Shown: positions 25,756-36,802 of the stretch, piece by piece
How the letters are laid out: each line of letters starts with the position of its first letter
Numbering within the stretch: position 1 is the first letter of the stretch
NCBI RefSeq assembly: GCF_002113885.1
Contig: NW_018408252.1
Span: 389,188 to 453,187, forward strand
Origin: Mizuhopecten yessoensis
Lineage: Eukaryota
Reading direction: 5' to 3'
DNA: 64,000 nucleotides
Program-made: the position numbers and the translations under genes
The notes under the pieces: generated by a model
Database searches by the model: none
What the model was told of the DNA's origin: nothing
What the model saw: the letters and a program-made list of their open reading frames with translations, nothing else

Positions 25756-26003
25756 CTTTAAAACAAAATGAAAACATCATCATTCCTCATAAAACATATG
25801 CAAAACTGAATACTCTGTAAGGTCCAGTGTGTCCTGATGATATCCACCATACAGTTACTTACCAACTTAAAAACAATGTACCTCATAATGTAATTGATTA
25901 TAATGAAACATTGTTTACCTTAATTTTCATTTGAACAGTTTAGAGATGTATATGGGTATAAATATTTCTTTTCGTTTTCCTTCATGCCACTACTTGATCA
26001 GAG

Positions 26004-26975
26004 ATGGCCGCGGTGGCCGAGTGGTCAAAGGGCCTGTCACACCTAGCAGATTTGGGTCGCCGAGCCATACCGGAGCACAAATTTGGCGATTTTCGGGGAT
26101 CGGTACTAGTACGGCAGCGCAACGGTATCAAATCGCTAAGAACGGTAGTACATCGTCAGGATATCGTCTGGATATCGTCAGAGCATCGGCGAAAAATTTA
26201 GAAACGGCAGGTGACGGTAGAAATTTTTGAACATGCTCAAAAATGTCCGCCGTTGTGGTGCCGGAACGAGCAACGAGATTACAACGGCAGTACATCGGGA
26301 GAACTCCGGTGTAGCATCGTTAATGTCGCTAGAGCACTGGTAGCGCCCCGTAATCGATCGGCTGCTCTCCGCTGGCCTCAATGTGTACCGTACTGGTACC
26401 GATGTGATACCGTAGTACTACCGAATACCACCGAAGTAGTAATGATGCGCCGCAGATGTACTAACGATGTACTACCGTAACATCGGCACCGCAACGGTAT
26501 CACTCCGCTATAGCTCCGGTCAACGGTGGCACATCGGTAGAACAACGGCGGTTCCTCGGTATAACATCGACAGCGTATCGGTAACACTGAAGTGACAGAA
26601 AAGTGGTATTCGGTAGCACATCGGCTCTTACATCGGTAGAACAACGGTATCACAACGGCAACGCCGGAACTACATCGGTTTTGCTATGGTCAATTAGATT
26701 TTTCAAGTGCTTACTCGACGGAGCTCTGCCGATTTTCTCGCCGTTGTTTATTTTTTGTTCCGTTTTAGGTGATAGGCCCTTATGGTGTCTGACCATCTAC
26801 GATCATTAGTCCTCCACCACTGGGTCGCGTGTTCGAGGCCTACGTGTGGCAGTCGCCAGGTACTGGCCGAAGGTCGGAGTTTTTTTCTCTGGGAAACTCC
26901 GGCTTTCCTCAACCACCAAAATCTGACTCGTCCTTAAATGATCATAGCTGTTAATATGGCATAAAGCACAAATAA
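26004..26975 (+). mobile_element. tRNA-derived SINE split by the 26030-26779 insertion
   Basis: A box ggccgcggtggccgagtgg at 26006; resumes at 26783 with B box gtgttcgaggcc, body ctgggaaactccggctttcctc and tail gtccttaaatga..gctgttaat. Confidence 0.7.
26030..26779. mobile_element. GC-rich non-autonomous TIR element (PIF/Harbinger-like) nested in a SINE head
   Basis: Ends gggcctgtcacaccta / taggtgataggccc with A/T-rich 3-bp flanks; many internal catcggta-type motifs. Confidence 0.65.
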
Positions 26976-27143
26976 ACCAACTCAACTTGAACAAAATTCA
27001 AAATCAAAATTAAGCGATTTATATCATCAGTTTCATTGATGGTAAAAGTAACAGTTCCATTGATAAAAAGAGTTTCAGCTTTGTTTATAACGCATATATA
27101 TTTACACGTCACATGTAATTCATTTGTGTTGTTGTTTATCCAG

Positions 27144-28400
27144 TTTCTACGGCAACGAGCAGCACGTACTTTCTTGTTTCTACTTCACGTGTGGCTGTCA
27201 CTGAGGTCGTCATTTTCAACAATTCATCATTCACTGCTGTCGCTACAATCAAGGGGCTAAAGAACGATACCTCTGGGCTGATGGCTGACAACTCCAATGA
27301 TGTGTCCATCATGGCCTCCAGCTTCACAACTATAACACTACCGACCGATATGAATATGGACGCTACCGGTGTGTATGAAAACAATGCCATATCAGTCCAG
27401 TGCAGTAATGATATTTCTCTGTTGATGTACAGTGTAACTCCAAACCTCGGAAATCTCATCAAACCATTCCACGTAGGTTTTTTTAGGAAGTTATTCTTTC
27501 CCGTTACACCCAACTGTTCCAATTATTTCGTCCTACATATGGTGGCAAACGCCGTCTCAGAAGTTCGCATAACGTTCCCCTCAAGCCAAACAAACACATT
27601 GTTCACTACCTACAATGCCATTAGTTACTACGGAGGAGACACCCTCGTGCTAGAAATCCTGGCGTACAGCGCTGCTCTGGTAGAGAGTTTGGCAGACTTG
27701 ACGGGAACCTCTGTTAAAGCGAATGTACCCATAGGTATGTTCTCTGGGTGTGATTATAGCAGCACCCAGAATGGACCTGACTACCGCTCTGATAAGGTCC
27801 CCGGACAGATAGACATGGGTCTACAGTACATCGTCATGGCACTCAATGAACCACGTTTTTCGGTTGAGGGGTATGTGATTGTGTCGACAATGGAAAACAC
27901 AACTGTCATCACCTATGCCGACGATACTTGCCACGAAACAAAACTGAGGAAAAGCGGGGATAGTCATGTGGTTACCATGTCAGCTGTCAATGAAATCGTG
28001 GTATCAAGCCAACCTATTGTTGTAGTTCACATGGCGTACAACGGAGCAGACAATCATAATATGTACTATGTTACTCCTGTGTCGATGTTCCGTAATGACT
28101 ACAAAGCGGCCGCGTTCAAAGACATGGCAATGAAAGTCAAAATTACTTTCAACAATGGAAGTGAAGATTCTTTTGAGGTGAATGAACACTCAGTCACCAT
28201 GGATGTTCGCGATCGTCTTGTGGACGACGTTGTTGGTGTCGGACGTCTGGGAGGTGCTGATGTATTCTATAATAATACAGTGCACTTCATAAAATCACAG
28301 GACCCATACCTTTTCGGTGGGTATATGTGGAGTGAAGATAATAATGATAGACTCTTCATCACATCACTCGGCAGGAACACTCCAAGACAACATACGGTAG
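27144..28400 (+). CDS. Membrane mucin-lectin gene, exon A: IgGFc-binding-protein N-terminal-like domain
   Basis: Long open exon with DLTGTSVKANVPIGMFSG, G..YIV, IVSTMENTTV, SSQPIVV, YVTPVSMFRNDY. Acceptor tatccag| (phase 1), donor G|gtaacg. Upstream exon not identified. Confidence 0.8.
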
Positions 28401-28559
28401 GTAACGTCGTTTAGTGTTGTTGATTTAACGTTACGCTACTACAATTGGTACGCTACCAAATACAACATACAGCCATTTTGTGACTATGCATACTGAAAAA
28501 GTGGAATGTGGATTTTGAACATTGGTTCAATAGCAACCACGAAAACCATGAATGTAAAT

Positions 28560-28905
28560 GAGAATAAAATTGTGAAAATGATTCTGGTCGAAAGATCTTT
28601 GCTGAATTGATTTTCCAGGAGACTGTTGGCATTTATATAGGAACAATATGTGCTACTCTTCTAGTTGACTTACTTCAGTTTCCATATCAGGCTATATTTA
28701 TCGAGGATCTTATCTGGACTGGTAACAAAACCTCATGCAGTTCCTTCAATTTAAGATTCACTTCTATCGGCAATATGCTGTCTTTAAATAACAAGACATA
28801 CATTGACAAAATAGATCGTATATACTCTTCTCGGCTTGAAATAAAGGACACTGTATATTTACAACATGACGAACCGGGACGGCTTACTACTTTTGATAGG
28901 CACAT
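28560..28905 (+). mobile_element. Decayed Penelope-like reverse-transcriptase fragment (intronic)
   Basis: FQETVGIYIGTICATLLVDL..SFNLRFTSIGNMLSLNN..IYSSRLEIKDT resembles the PLE RT pattern GIPMGTNCAPLLADL..FRYIDDVLSLNN..IYP.ELEIKDT. Confidence 0.7.
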
Positions 28906-28913
28906 TGTAACAG

Positions 28914-29262
28914 TAGGATCGGTAGTCTAGTGGTAGGACGCCGGGCTCGTGACCAAAGGGCTGTGGGTTCGAGTTACGTCACGGTACTTTGTTGTATCTT
29001 TGAACAAAATACTTTACTCCGTTTGTTTCAGTCTACTCAGCTTTTAAATGAGTACGTTGTTGTGCGGTGCTGGAATTGTTGAATGCTAACTTTGAGCACC
29101 GAAATGGCAGCACCGGATGTATGCTACACTGAAAGTTATAGAAGATATTAGCTGGTTGCAAAAGCCCTATAACCACGGGTAATAATTTGTAAACCGCTTT
29201 GAAACGACCTACAAACTAGGTTGTGATAAAGCGGTATATAAAAACCTAGAATTATTAGTTAG
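28914..29262 (+). mobile_element. SINE family A, full length
   Basis: Colinear with the reverse complement of 15625-15975. Confidence 0.88.
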
Positions 29263-30197
29263 TATTGTAAGAATTTGTACTCTGCCTTTCCCAAGTAAGT
29301 TAGGAATCAAACAATTTAAACAATGTTCATAAGTAACATCTTTGTTCTAACTTTATGCTACGAATTCTAACCCATAAGTCTCAAAAGTTTATTTCAATAA
29401 AAGAGCAGTTCGTTATTAACGATTGCAAACAATAACATGAGCAATAGCGTGTTTTCCAAGTACAGTATTCGTGGAAGGATTCATTACAGATGGTTTACAA
29501 GAAAAGGAATCTTTCGTTTTACCGTATGGCGCCCTTCTGTAGCATCCGAATCTGTAAAATGAACCACAACAAAATATAAGTGTATATATCAAATGTGGTT
29601 GACGAAACAAGGCAGCGTATTCAAAGCAATACACAACCCCAAACTCGATACAAATATTACCACAAAGAACTAAGGGCCATAAATATGTCAAACGTAGATC
29701 AGGAGTCCTAATGTTAGAACGCGACACGCTGCCATCTCAAGCAGTTCCCTCATACAAAATGGCAACTGTATGTGATAGCATAGAACCACGCCTCTGTATG
29801 TTGTCGGTGACGATATCGTCTTTTAGTGCTCGACAATGAGCCATTCAAATCAAAATATACCCTGGACAAAGTGACGCATGGACCGACTGACGAACGGATG
29901 GATAACCGGTGAGGGACTAGTAGCCACAGTATGTATCAATGTATTGATATGTTAGATATAACAATGATATCACATACTCGGTTCTGTGTTGTTATAGGTG
30001 TGTATGGGAGACGAAGAACCGCTACATGATGGATGTGTAGAACCGTTGAATGGATGTCACGGTGAGTCAAACTGGAATTATACAGTATAAACAAAAAATG
30101 TAAACTTGTATCTGAGTTATTCATGAAAAGTTATTAGTTTTGACATCGATACCGGTTCTAGCTTTTACATAATGCTAGCTTGTTTTCTGTTTTAAAG

Positions 30198-31134
30198 GGC
30201 CAAAAAATGAATCAAATGCGACGACCATTCCAACAACCGGAAGTCCGAACATTCTACAACCTACCAATGTGACCGTTCCACCATCTACCAATGTGACCAT
30301 TCCACAACCTACGAATGTGATCGTTCCACATCCTACCAATGTGACCTTTCCACAACCTACCAATGTGACCATTCCACAACCTACCAATGTGATCGTTCCA
30401 CAACCTACCAATGTGACCGTTCCACCACCTACCAATGTGACCATTCCGCAAATTACCAATGTGACCATTCCACCACCTACCAATGTGACCGTTCCACAAC
30501 CTACCAATGTGACCATTCCGCAACCTATCAATGTGACCGTTCCACAACCTTACAATGTGACCATTCCGCAACCTACCAATGTGACCATTCCGCAACCTAC
30601 CAATGTGACCATTCCACCACCTACCAATGTGACCTTTCCGCAACCTACCAATGTGACTATTCCACCACCTAACAATGTGACCTTTCCGCAACCTATCAAT
30701 GTGACCGTTCCACAACCTTACAATGTGACCATTCCGCAACCTACCAATGTGACCGTTCCACAACCTACCAATGTGACCATTCCGCAAACTACACATGCCA
30801 CCCCGCAATCTTCAATAATGGTCAATGTCTCCCAACCTATGAGTACGACCGCCAGCTCGCAAACCACAAATCCGACCCTCCCACAAACAACTAAAACAAC
30901 AACAACAACAACAACAACCTCACAGTCAACTAATCCGACAACAGCAGGATCAAAGTGTCCCATAAATGCACAAAGGTACAATCACCACGGACAGGTGATT
31001 TGTTACTGGTTGCTAGTCGCAACTGCCAGGATACAAAACCAGGCTTACGATACCTGTTTACAACAGGGAGGACAACTGCCTATCATACCTAACTCAGAGG
31101 CTAATGAGGTTGTTGTCGATCTCATCTCAACCAG
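30198..31134 (+). CDS. Mucin-lectin gene exon B: 22 x PQPTNVT[IVF] stalk, Thr-rich linker, start of C-type lectin domain
   Basis: Acceptor tttaaag|GG (phase 1) matches exon A. CP..CYW..A..C..GGQL CTLD N-half; donor AG|gtaaca. Confidence 0.85.
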
Positions 31135-32084
31135 GTAACACAGCGCAGCCATAAAATAGCATCACTTTAAGTTGATTTTACAGTTTTAGAAAAGGTGAAA
31201 GAAATATTTTCAAATTTTCAAATAAAAACAAATCCAATATGACACATTAAAAAGATAAACTTTTATACAAGATACACACAGGTGGTAACACCCATAAAAG
31301 GGTGGGTGCCAATTCGGGCCTTCTGGTGACTATTACCGATCAGTTTCCTTTTTTTTGTATAAACATACCTTGGAGTTATGCCATCATGACATGACCAGAT
31401 ATTAAGTTCAGCTTGAAGACCATTCTGAAATATGAAGGGGTAAAGTGGGGGACCAAACTCACAAACAAATGTTCTCTTTTGGACAAAACTACATGTTATT
31501 GTTTTTCAAGTTTCTTCATAATTGTGATGTATTGTGTATCACTAAAGCTGCGAATCATAAAAAGTAGCACATAGTCGATAAGTAGGTCACTGTGAACCTG
31601 TTATAAATATATTTAATTATGTCAACAACTTTTCCTATTTTGTTTATTAATGCACATTAGAATCATGCAATAATTTTATCAAATTGTATTAATAAGTGTC
31701 TTAACCAAATCGCAATAAATTTTGACCTATATACAGTATGGCAAAAATGAACTACATTGCACCAAACAGCATACCGATGAGTCTGGGATCAACGAGTTGG
31801 AAATCGAAATAGGTCCAAACTATACGGTGGAAACAGAAGGGGAGATTCGTTAAACCCTTTAAATACTTGACTTTCCGAAATTTGCAGAGTAACGGTCGAT
31901 TTCGAATATATTACTTCTGAGTAAAGTGTATTTCTTATTAACCATGTCACTACTCAAACACAATAATTGTGACTATGAAGGTTACGGCAAGCATCGGGGA
32001 TAAAGAAATCCAGCGGCAGGTTCTACCATAGTGTATCTCTAAGGGTGAACTTAGCCCTTCCACTGCACTTTATTTGTCCCTCCG

Positions 32085-32440
32085 CATCCTCGATATTCAG
32101 GGGTTACGTTCACTTTCGCTCTCTGCACCCCTAGAATATGCCATAGCAAAATTGAAGGCACGAACATGGCTGTTTGATTGGTCTCAGGTAAAAAAATCCT
32201 GACCAATCGCTAGGCTAATACCTGTCCTTTGAAGATTACAAAGGAGAGACGGCCGACTTCAAAGCCTGTCAATTTTTACCGTTACGTGACCGCGATATTC
32301 TGTTGATGTACATCAAAGGATCGAACTAGTCTTCTTGTCTCATCAACAAGGTGGCGCACACTGAGCCTTCAATTTTGCCATGACATATTTCAGGGGTGTA
32401 CAGAGCGAAAGTGGGCGTAATCCCTGGAGTATCGAGAATG
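32085..32440. mobile_element. Mutator-like MITE, copy 1
   Basis: ~70-bp TIRs catcctcgatattcaggggttac.. ; 9-bp flanks gtccctccg / gtctctccg. Confidence 0.88.
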
Positions 32441-33060
32441 GTCTCTCCGGGACTTTTCGGTGATGCTGTGGGGCAAAACAAAAAATCCATATCACAAAAT
32501 ACAGTTGAAAATGAAGATATGTGCGAAAAACTCATTGATTATATGAATTTCAAAAGTATTTGATGTAAAAGTGTGAAGGACGATTAACATATCTAGAAAC
32601 AATGCCGGAAGCTACCAATACACAGTTCAGTCAAGCTTCATCGATCAGGCATTAAAGATTCTTAGTTACTAAAATCAAAATTAAAGTAAAATGTATACAT
32701 TATGATAAAACAAATACCATTAGTCCTAATCTTTCAATTAGATTTCGAAAAAAACTATGATTAAACATTTAATACATAAAGTTAATGCAAGTCAAGGGTC
32801 AAGTTGTCACCTGCTTTGTTATATTACTTTTACGTTCAAGTCACATTTTCTAGTCACAATTCATTGTTTTTAAAATTTGTATGCGTGTTTAACTAAAGAG
32901 TTATCATTCAATTTCTTAAACTTTGATAATCATAAAACGTTCACCGATTTATAACAGGTCTTGAATCTAGATTAAGCCGACATATATCAACAACTGAATT
33001 CCTATTACTTCTTTTATTATCATTGGTATGAAATTTAAGGTTTTATGGTTTTATTTTGTT

Positions 33061-33345
33061 TGACGTCCTATTGACAGCTAAGGTCGTGTCTCCATGTGTA
33101 TTGTGTAACGGTGCAAGTTTGCTGGAGACAGGGTATGTTGGTGTACTTGCCTCCTTGTAATAGAGCGGATCTGATGCCGAATTGATAGTGCTATCTCACT
33201 GAAAAACCATGCCGAAGGCATCCAGCACAACATTCCGCCCGGTCACATTATACTGACAGCGGGTGAACCAGTTGTTGCAATTAACCCCCAATGCAGAACG
33301 TTCAACATGGAATAAAAACTACCATTTTTAAAGACTTTGGTATTG
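33061..33345 (-). mobile_element. SINE family B (Meta/Deu-domain-like)
   Basis: Reverse complement of 34745-35068. Confidence 0.75.
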
Positions 33346-33499
33346 AAGACAGAACCCATTGCCTTCCTGACCTGGGCAGGCTTGTTTTTGCATCAGTAGG
33401 GCATTAAATCACACACAAAAAAACAATATAGGAATATCATCAACTAATGCAATCGTTATAGACGTAGCTCATGACATGATATTCAATTCTCTTTTGTAG

Positions 33500-33714
33500 T
33501 AATGCAAACATTTTCTATCTGGACTATACAGTAAATTATACCAGTGGGAAAATCATGACGTCATCCGGCAGCCCTCAGGATTGGAACAATGGTATCAACA
33601 CAACACAGCCTAACGGTCCGTGCGTGGTCACCAATGGTAACGGCACCTGGAGTAGTTCCGTCTGTGACGTATCTACATACAATGGCGTCATCTGCTCAGC
33701 ATGTAAGGGAGGAG
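33500..33714 (+). CDS. Mucin-lectin gene exon C: C-type lectin C-half
   Basis: Acceptor ttttgtag|T (phase 2). W..QPNGPCVV..W...C..VIC; donor G|gtaagg (alternative phase-1 donor after 33702). Confidence 0.82.
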
Positions 33715-33750
33715 GTAAGGTTCAGCCATGGATTTGGATATGTTTTGGTT

Positions 33751-34072
33751 TATCCAGGGGTTACACTCACTCTGCACCCCTGGAGTATGTCATAGCAAAA
33801 TAGAAGGATCAGTGTGCGCCACCTTGTTCGAAGACTAGTTCGATCCTTTGATGTACAGCGAAAGAATATCGCGGTCGCGTAACGGTAAAAAATTACTAAC
33901 TTTAAATGTCGTCCCTGTGTAATCTTCAAAGGGCAGGTGTCAGCCTAGCGATTGGTCAGGGTTTGCTTACTCTGACCAATCAAATAGCTGTCTTTATGCC
34001 TTCAATTTTACTGTGATATATGCCAGGAGTGCAGGGAGCGTAAGTGGGCATAACCCCTGGATATCGAGGACG
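33751..34072. mobile_element. Mutator-like MITE, copy 2 (opposite orientation, left end clipped)
   Basis: Same TIR and internal sequence as 32085-32440, inverted. Confidence 0.85.
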
Positions 34073-34744
34073 GACGGGATGATACACAAAGGGAAAGACG
34101 TCTAACGTTATCATTAGTACACATCAAGTCATAAATAAAATATGGTCTGTACTTATATATTCTTGTTGACATCACATGAAAAATTCAATGTTCAGATGAT
34201 TTTTGTTTAGTTGACAAACAGTAAGTCTATCGTATGAACTGACAATTCTTTTCATTTGTCCAAGCCATTCTTTCTAATTCGTCTTCCTCAAAATCATGTC
34301 TTTTTGCAACACCAAAATTATACTTTATAAAACATTTTAGTTTCTATACCGTTAGTGTTTTGACGTTAGATGCAGTTGAATTGCATCAAGTGTGGGCGAG
34401 TGGCTGTTTCGTTACCAAGTTGACATAATATTACAGGGGAATTACAATGTCGTTACTGAGAAGATCAAGTATTTTTATTGCTTCGAGTCAAAGTAACAAA
34501 AGTGCGATATTTACAATGCATAATACAAAATAGCATTACACAACATTACACACACTCACAACACAACTACAAATAGTGTCCCAATCAACAATGTTCAGTT
34601 GCCATACCGTTACTGTTGTTGACCTGACCTGTATAATAATAACCTCACTACTGGTATTACCATACTCAGGTTTGGTACTGATCAGATGTTCTGTCATATA
34701 TACAGTTCCATGTGCGGGTTATATTGCTTCTTGTGCTGCTAGAC

Positions 34745-35068
34745 ATAGGCAATGGGTTCTGACCCCAGGCCGGGACATGCCGCAGTCCTTGAAATGGTAG
34801 TTGTTATTCCCTGCTTAATGTTCAGCATTTAAGGTTATGGCAATAACTGGTCCACCCGCTGTCAGTATAATGTGACCGGGCAGAATGCTGTGTTGGATGC
34901 TTTCGGCATGGTATTTCAGTGAGATGGCACTATAAAGTCGGCATCAGATCCGCGCTTTCACAAGGAGGCAGGTACACCAACATACCCTGTCTTCAGCACA
35001 CATACACGCATACACAACACACATGGAGGCACGTCCTTATAGACTTTAGCTGTTAATAGGACGTTAGA
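34745..35068 (+). mobile_element. SINE family B (Meta/Deu-domain-like); partial copies at ~38345-38490 and ~44960-45025
   Basis: aaatggtagttg..gtcagtataatgtgaccggg..cagtgagatggcactataaag..gtcctta..gctgttaataggacgtta. Confidence 0.75.
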
Positions 35069-35125
35069 CAAGTATAGCTAACGTAGGTATCATGTCGAGT
35101 ATATTTGTGTTGTTGTATATTCTAG

Positions 35126-35445
35126 GTGCGTCGTGCTATACCCACAGCAAAAACTATTGCGGCCCTTGCTCTTGTCCAAACTACATCGTTAACCAAGTTG
35201 ATATTACAGAGAAGCTGCAGAGAAAGCTGGACGACTTGAGGAGAGCCACGAGTGTCAATAAGAAGAATACATCTAGAACACTACGTAGGATAACCTGCGC
35301 CAGTGATCCTCGACCCTCCTCGGCCGCCATGGGATACCTAGGAGCATCCGTACTCACGGTCGTTTTCGGTGGGTTCATCTTGCTCGACCTACCAATGTTG
35401 TTTCTGGAGTTTAAGACCCATATACTCGGTCTTTTCCAAGGATAG
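35126..35445 (+). CDS. Mucin-lectin gene terminal exon D: Cys motif, coiled coil, TM segment
   Basis: Acceptor ttctag|GT (phase 1). CGPCSC, helical EKLQRKLDDLRR, DPRPSS, hydrophobic MGYLGASVLTVVFGGFILLD, stop. Confidence 0.82.
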
Positions 35446-35781
35446 AATAACGTCTTGTGTGTTATCACATACATCTCCATATAGTAGTCGTACGTTGTAG
35501 TTGTAGAGTTTCGCCGAGTTAAGAGGTTGGCGCATATGGCAGGAAACTGTTTCACAAATATAATCCATTTGTTAAAATGGCAAAAGGTTTTGAAAACTAC
35601 TTTATATTATAAAAACATTTATTCAGAGATATATCCTGTGCAATCACATAACGTTATACCAAACCTTAGTTATGCCGGAAATACTGTTTCCAACACGTTG
35701 TTACAGATTTCGACAGTGGTAGGGGGGTCATTATATTGCTTTATGAATTTCGTCAAAATTTATATTTATCAGTTCTATTAC

Positions 35782-36091
35782 CATCCTCGACATCGTGGGG
35801 TTACGCTCACTTTCGCTCTCTACATCCCTGGAATGTCATAGAAAAATTGAAGACACGAAGCAAGCTGCTTGATTGGTTTCACGTAAAAAACCTGACTAAT
35901 CGCTAGGCTGATACCTGTCTTTTAAAGATTACAAAGGAGAGACGCCCGACTTCAAAGCCTGTCAATTTTTACCGTTATGTGACCGCGAGATTCTTTTAAT
36001 GTACATCGTTCACTGAACCTTCAATTTTGCTACGACATATTCCAGCGGTGTAGAGAGCGAAAGTGAATGTAACCCCTGGATATCGATGATG
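35782..36091. mobile_element. Mutator-like MITE, copy 3
   Basis: Same TIRs; 9-bp flanks ttctattac / ttctattcc. Confidence 0.88.
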
Positions 36092-36302
36092 TTCTATTCC
36101 AAAATGTACAATATTTTTCTTTATTTTCCGTTCTTTTTTTCTTATTTCATTCAACCCAAATAGCATATTTTTTAATACAAATCATCATTTTCGCGCTACG
36201 AAATTACCACACCAAAATGCCATCAAAGTAACAGTGATTCGATGCGTTATGTGTACATTTTTTATAAATAAGTTTTTATATATTTAGTTGACTAAGATAC
36301 AT

Positions 36303-36802
36303 ACAAGAGGCCCAGCAGGCCTGTATTACCTGTTATTCATATCACATCTTTGACCTTCAAAGACGGACAAGCTCAAGTTTATTTAAAAAGGCAAAAGTAT
36401 GGTTACATTGTACATCATGGTGATTTTATAACATCTTTGACCTCTTGTTACCTTGAAAGTAGGTCAAGGTCAGTCTTCTGTTCAACCTGTGTTTGCTCTA
36501 TCCCAGGAAGCTGCCAGCCAAACAGCATGACTCTAATGACTATGCCTGGTGGTTCTTTAGAAGTTGTCTGAAGCCTTTGACATATTAGGCCTCTGTGGCC
36601 TTGAATGCAAATAAGGGTCATCTTAATTGAACCATTTGTAAGGTCTTACCCCAGGAAGCTATAAGCAAAACATCTTTACTCTAAGCCTTTTGGTTCTTCA
36701 GGAAGAAATTGTTTAAGGAAAAGTAGTCGACGAACGAAGTATAGGCGGATGAAGGGCTACGGCATAAGCTCACTTTCCCTTTCGGCAGGTGATCTACCAA
36801 AA
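36303..36802 (+). mobile_element. HINE/pearl-type element; a longer relative lies at ~37450-38220
   Basis: Core repeats with the tgaccttgaaagtaggtcaaggtca palindrome, terminal agctcac..ggtga hairpin, A-run. Confidence 0.6.

Noticed and set aside
30175-30981. Antisense ORFs (GHIGRLWN)n and (GCGMVTLV)n
   Set aside because: Shadows of the plus-strand coding repeat, which has splice sites and continues into a lectin domain.
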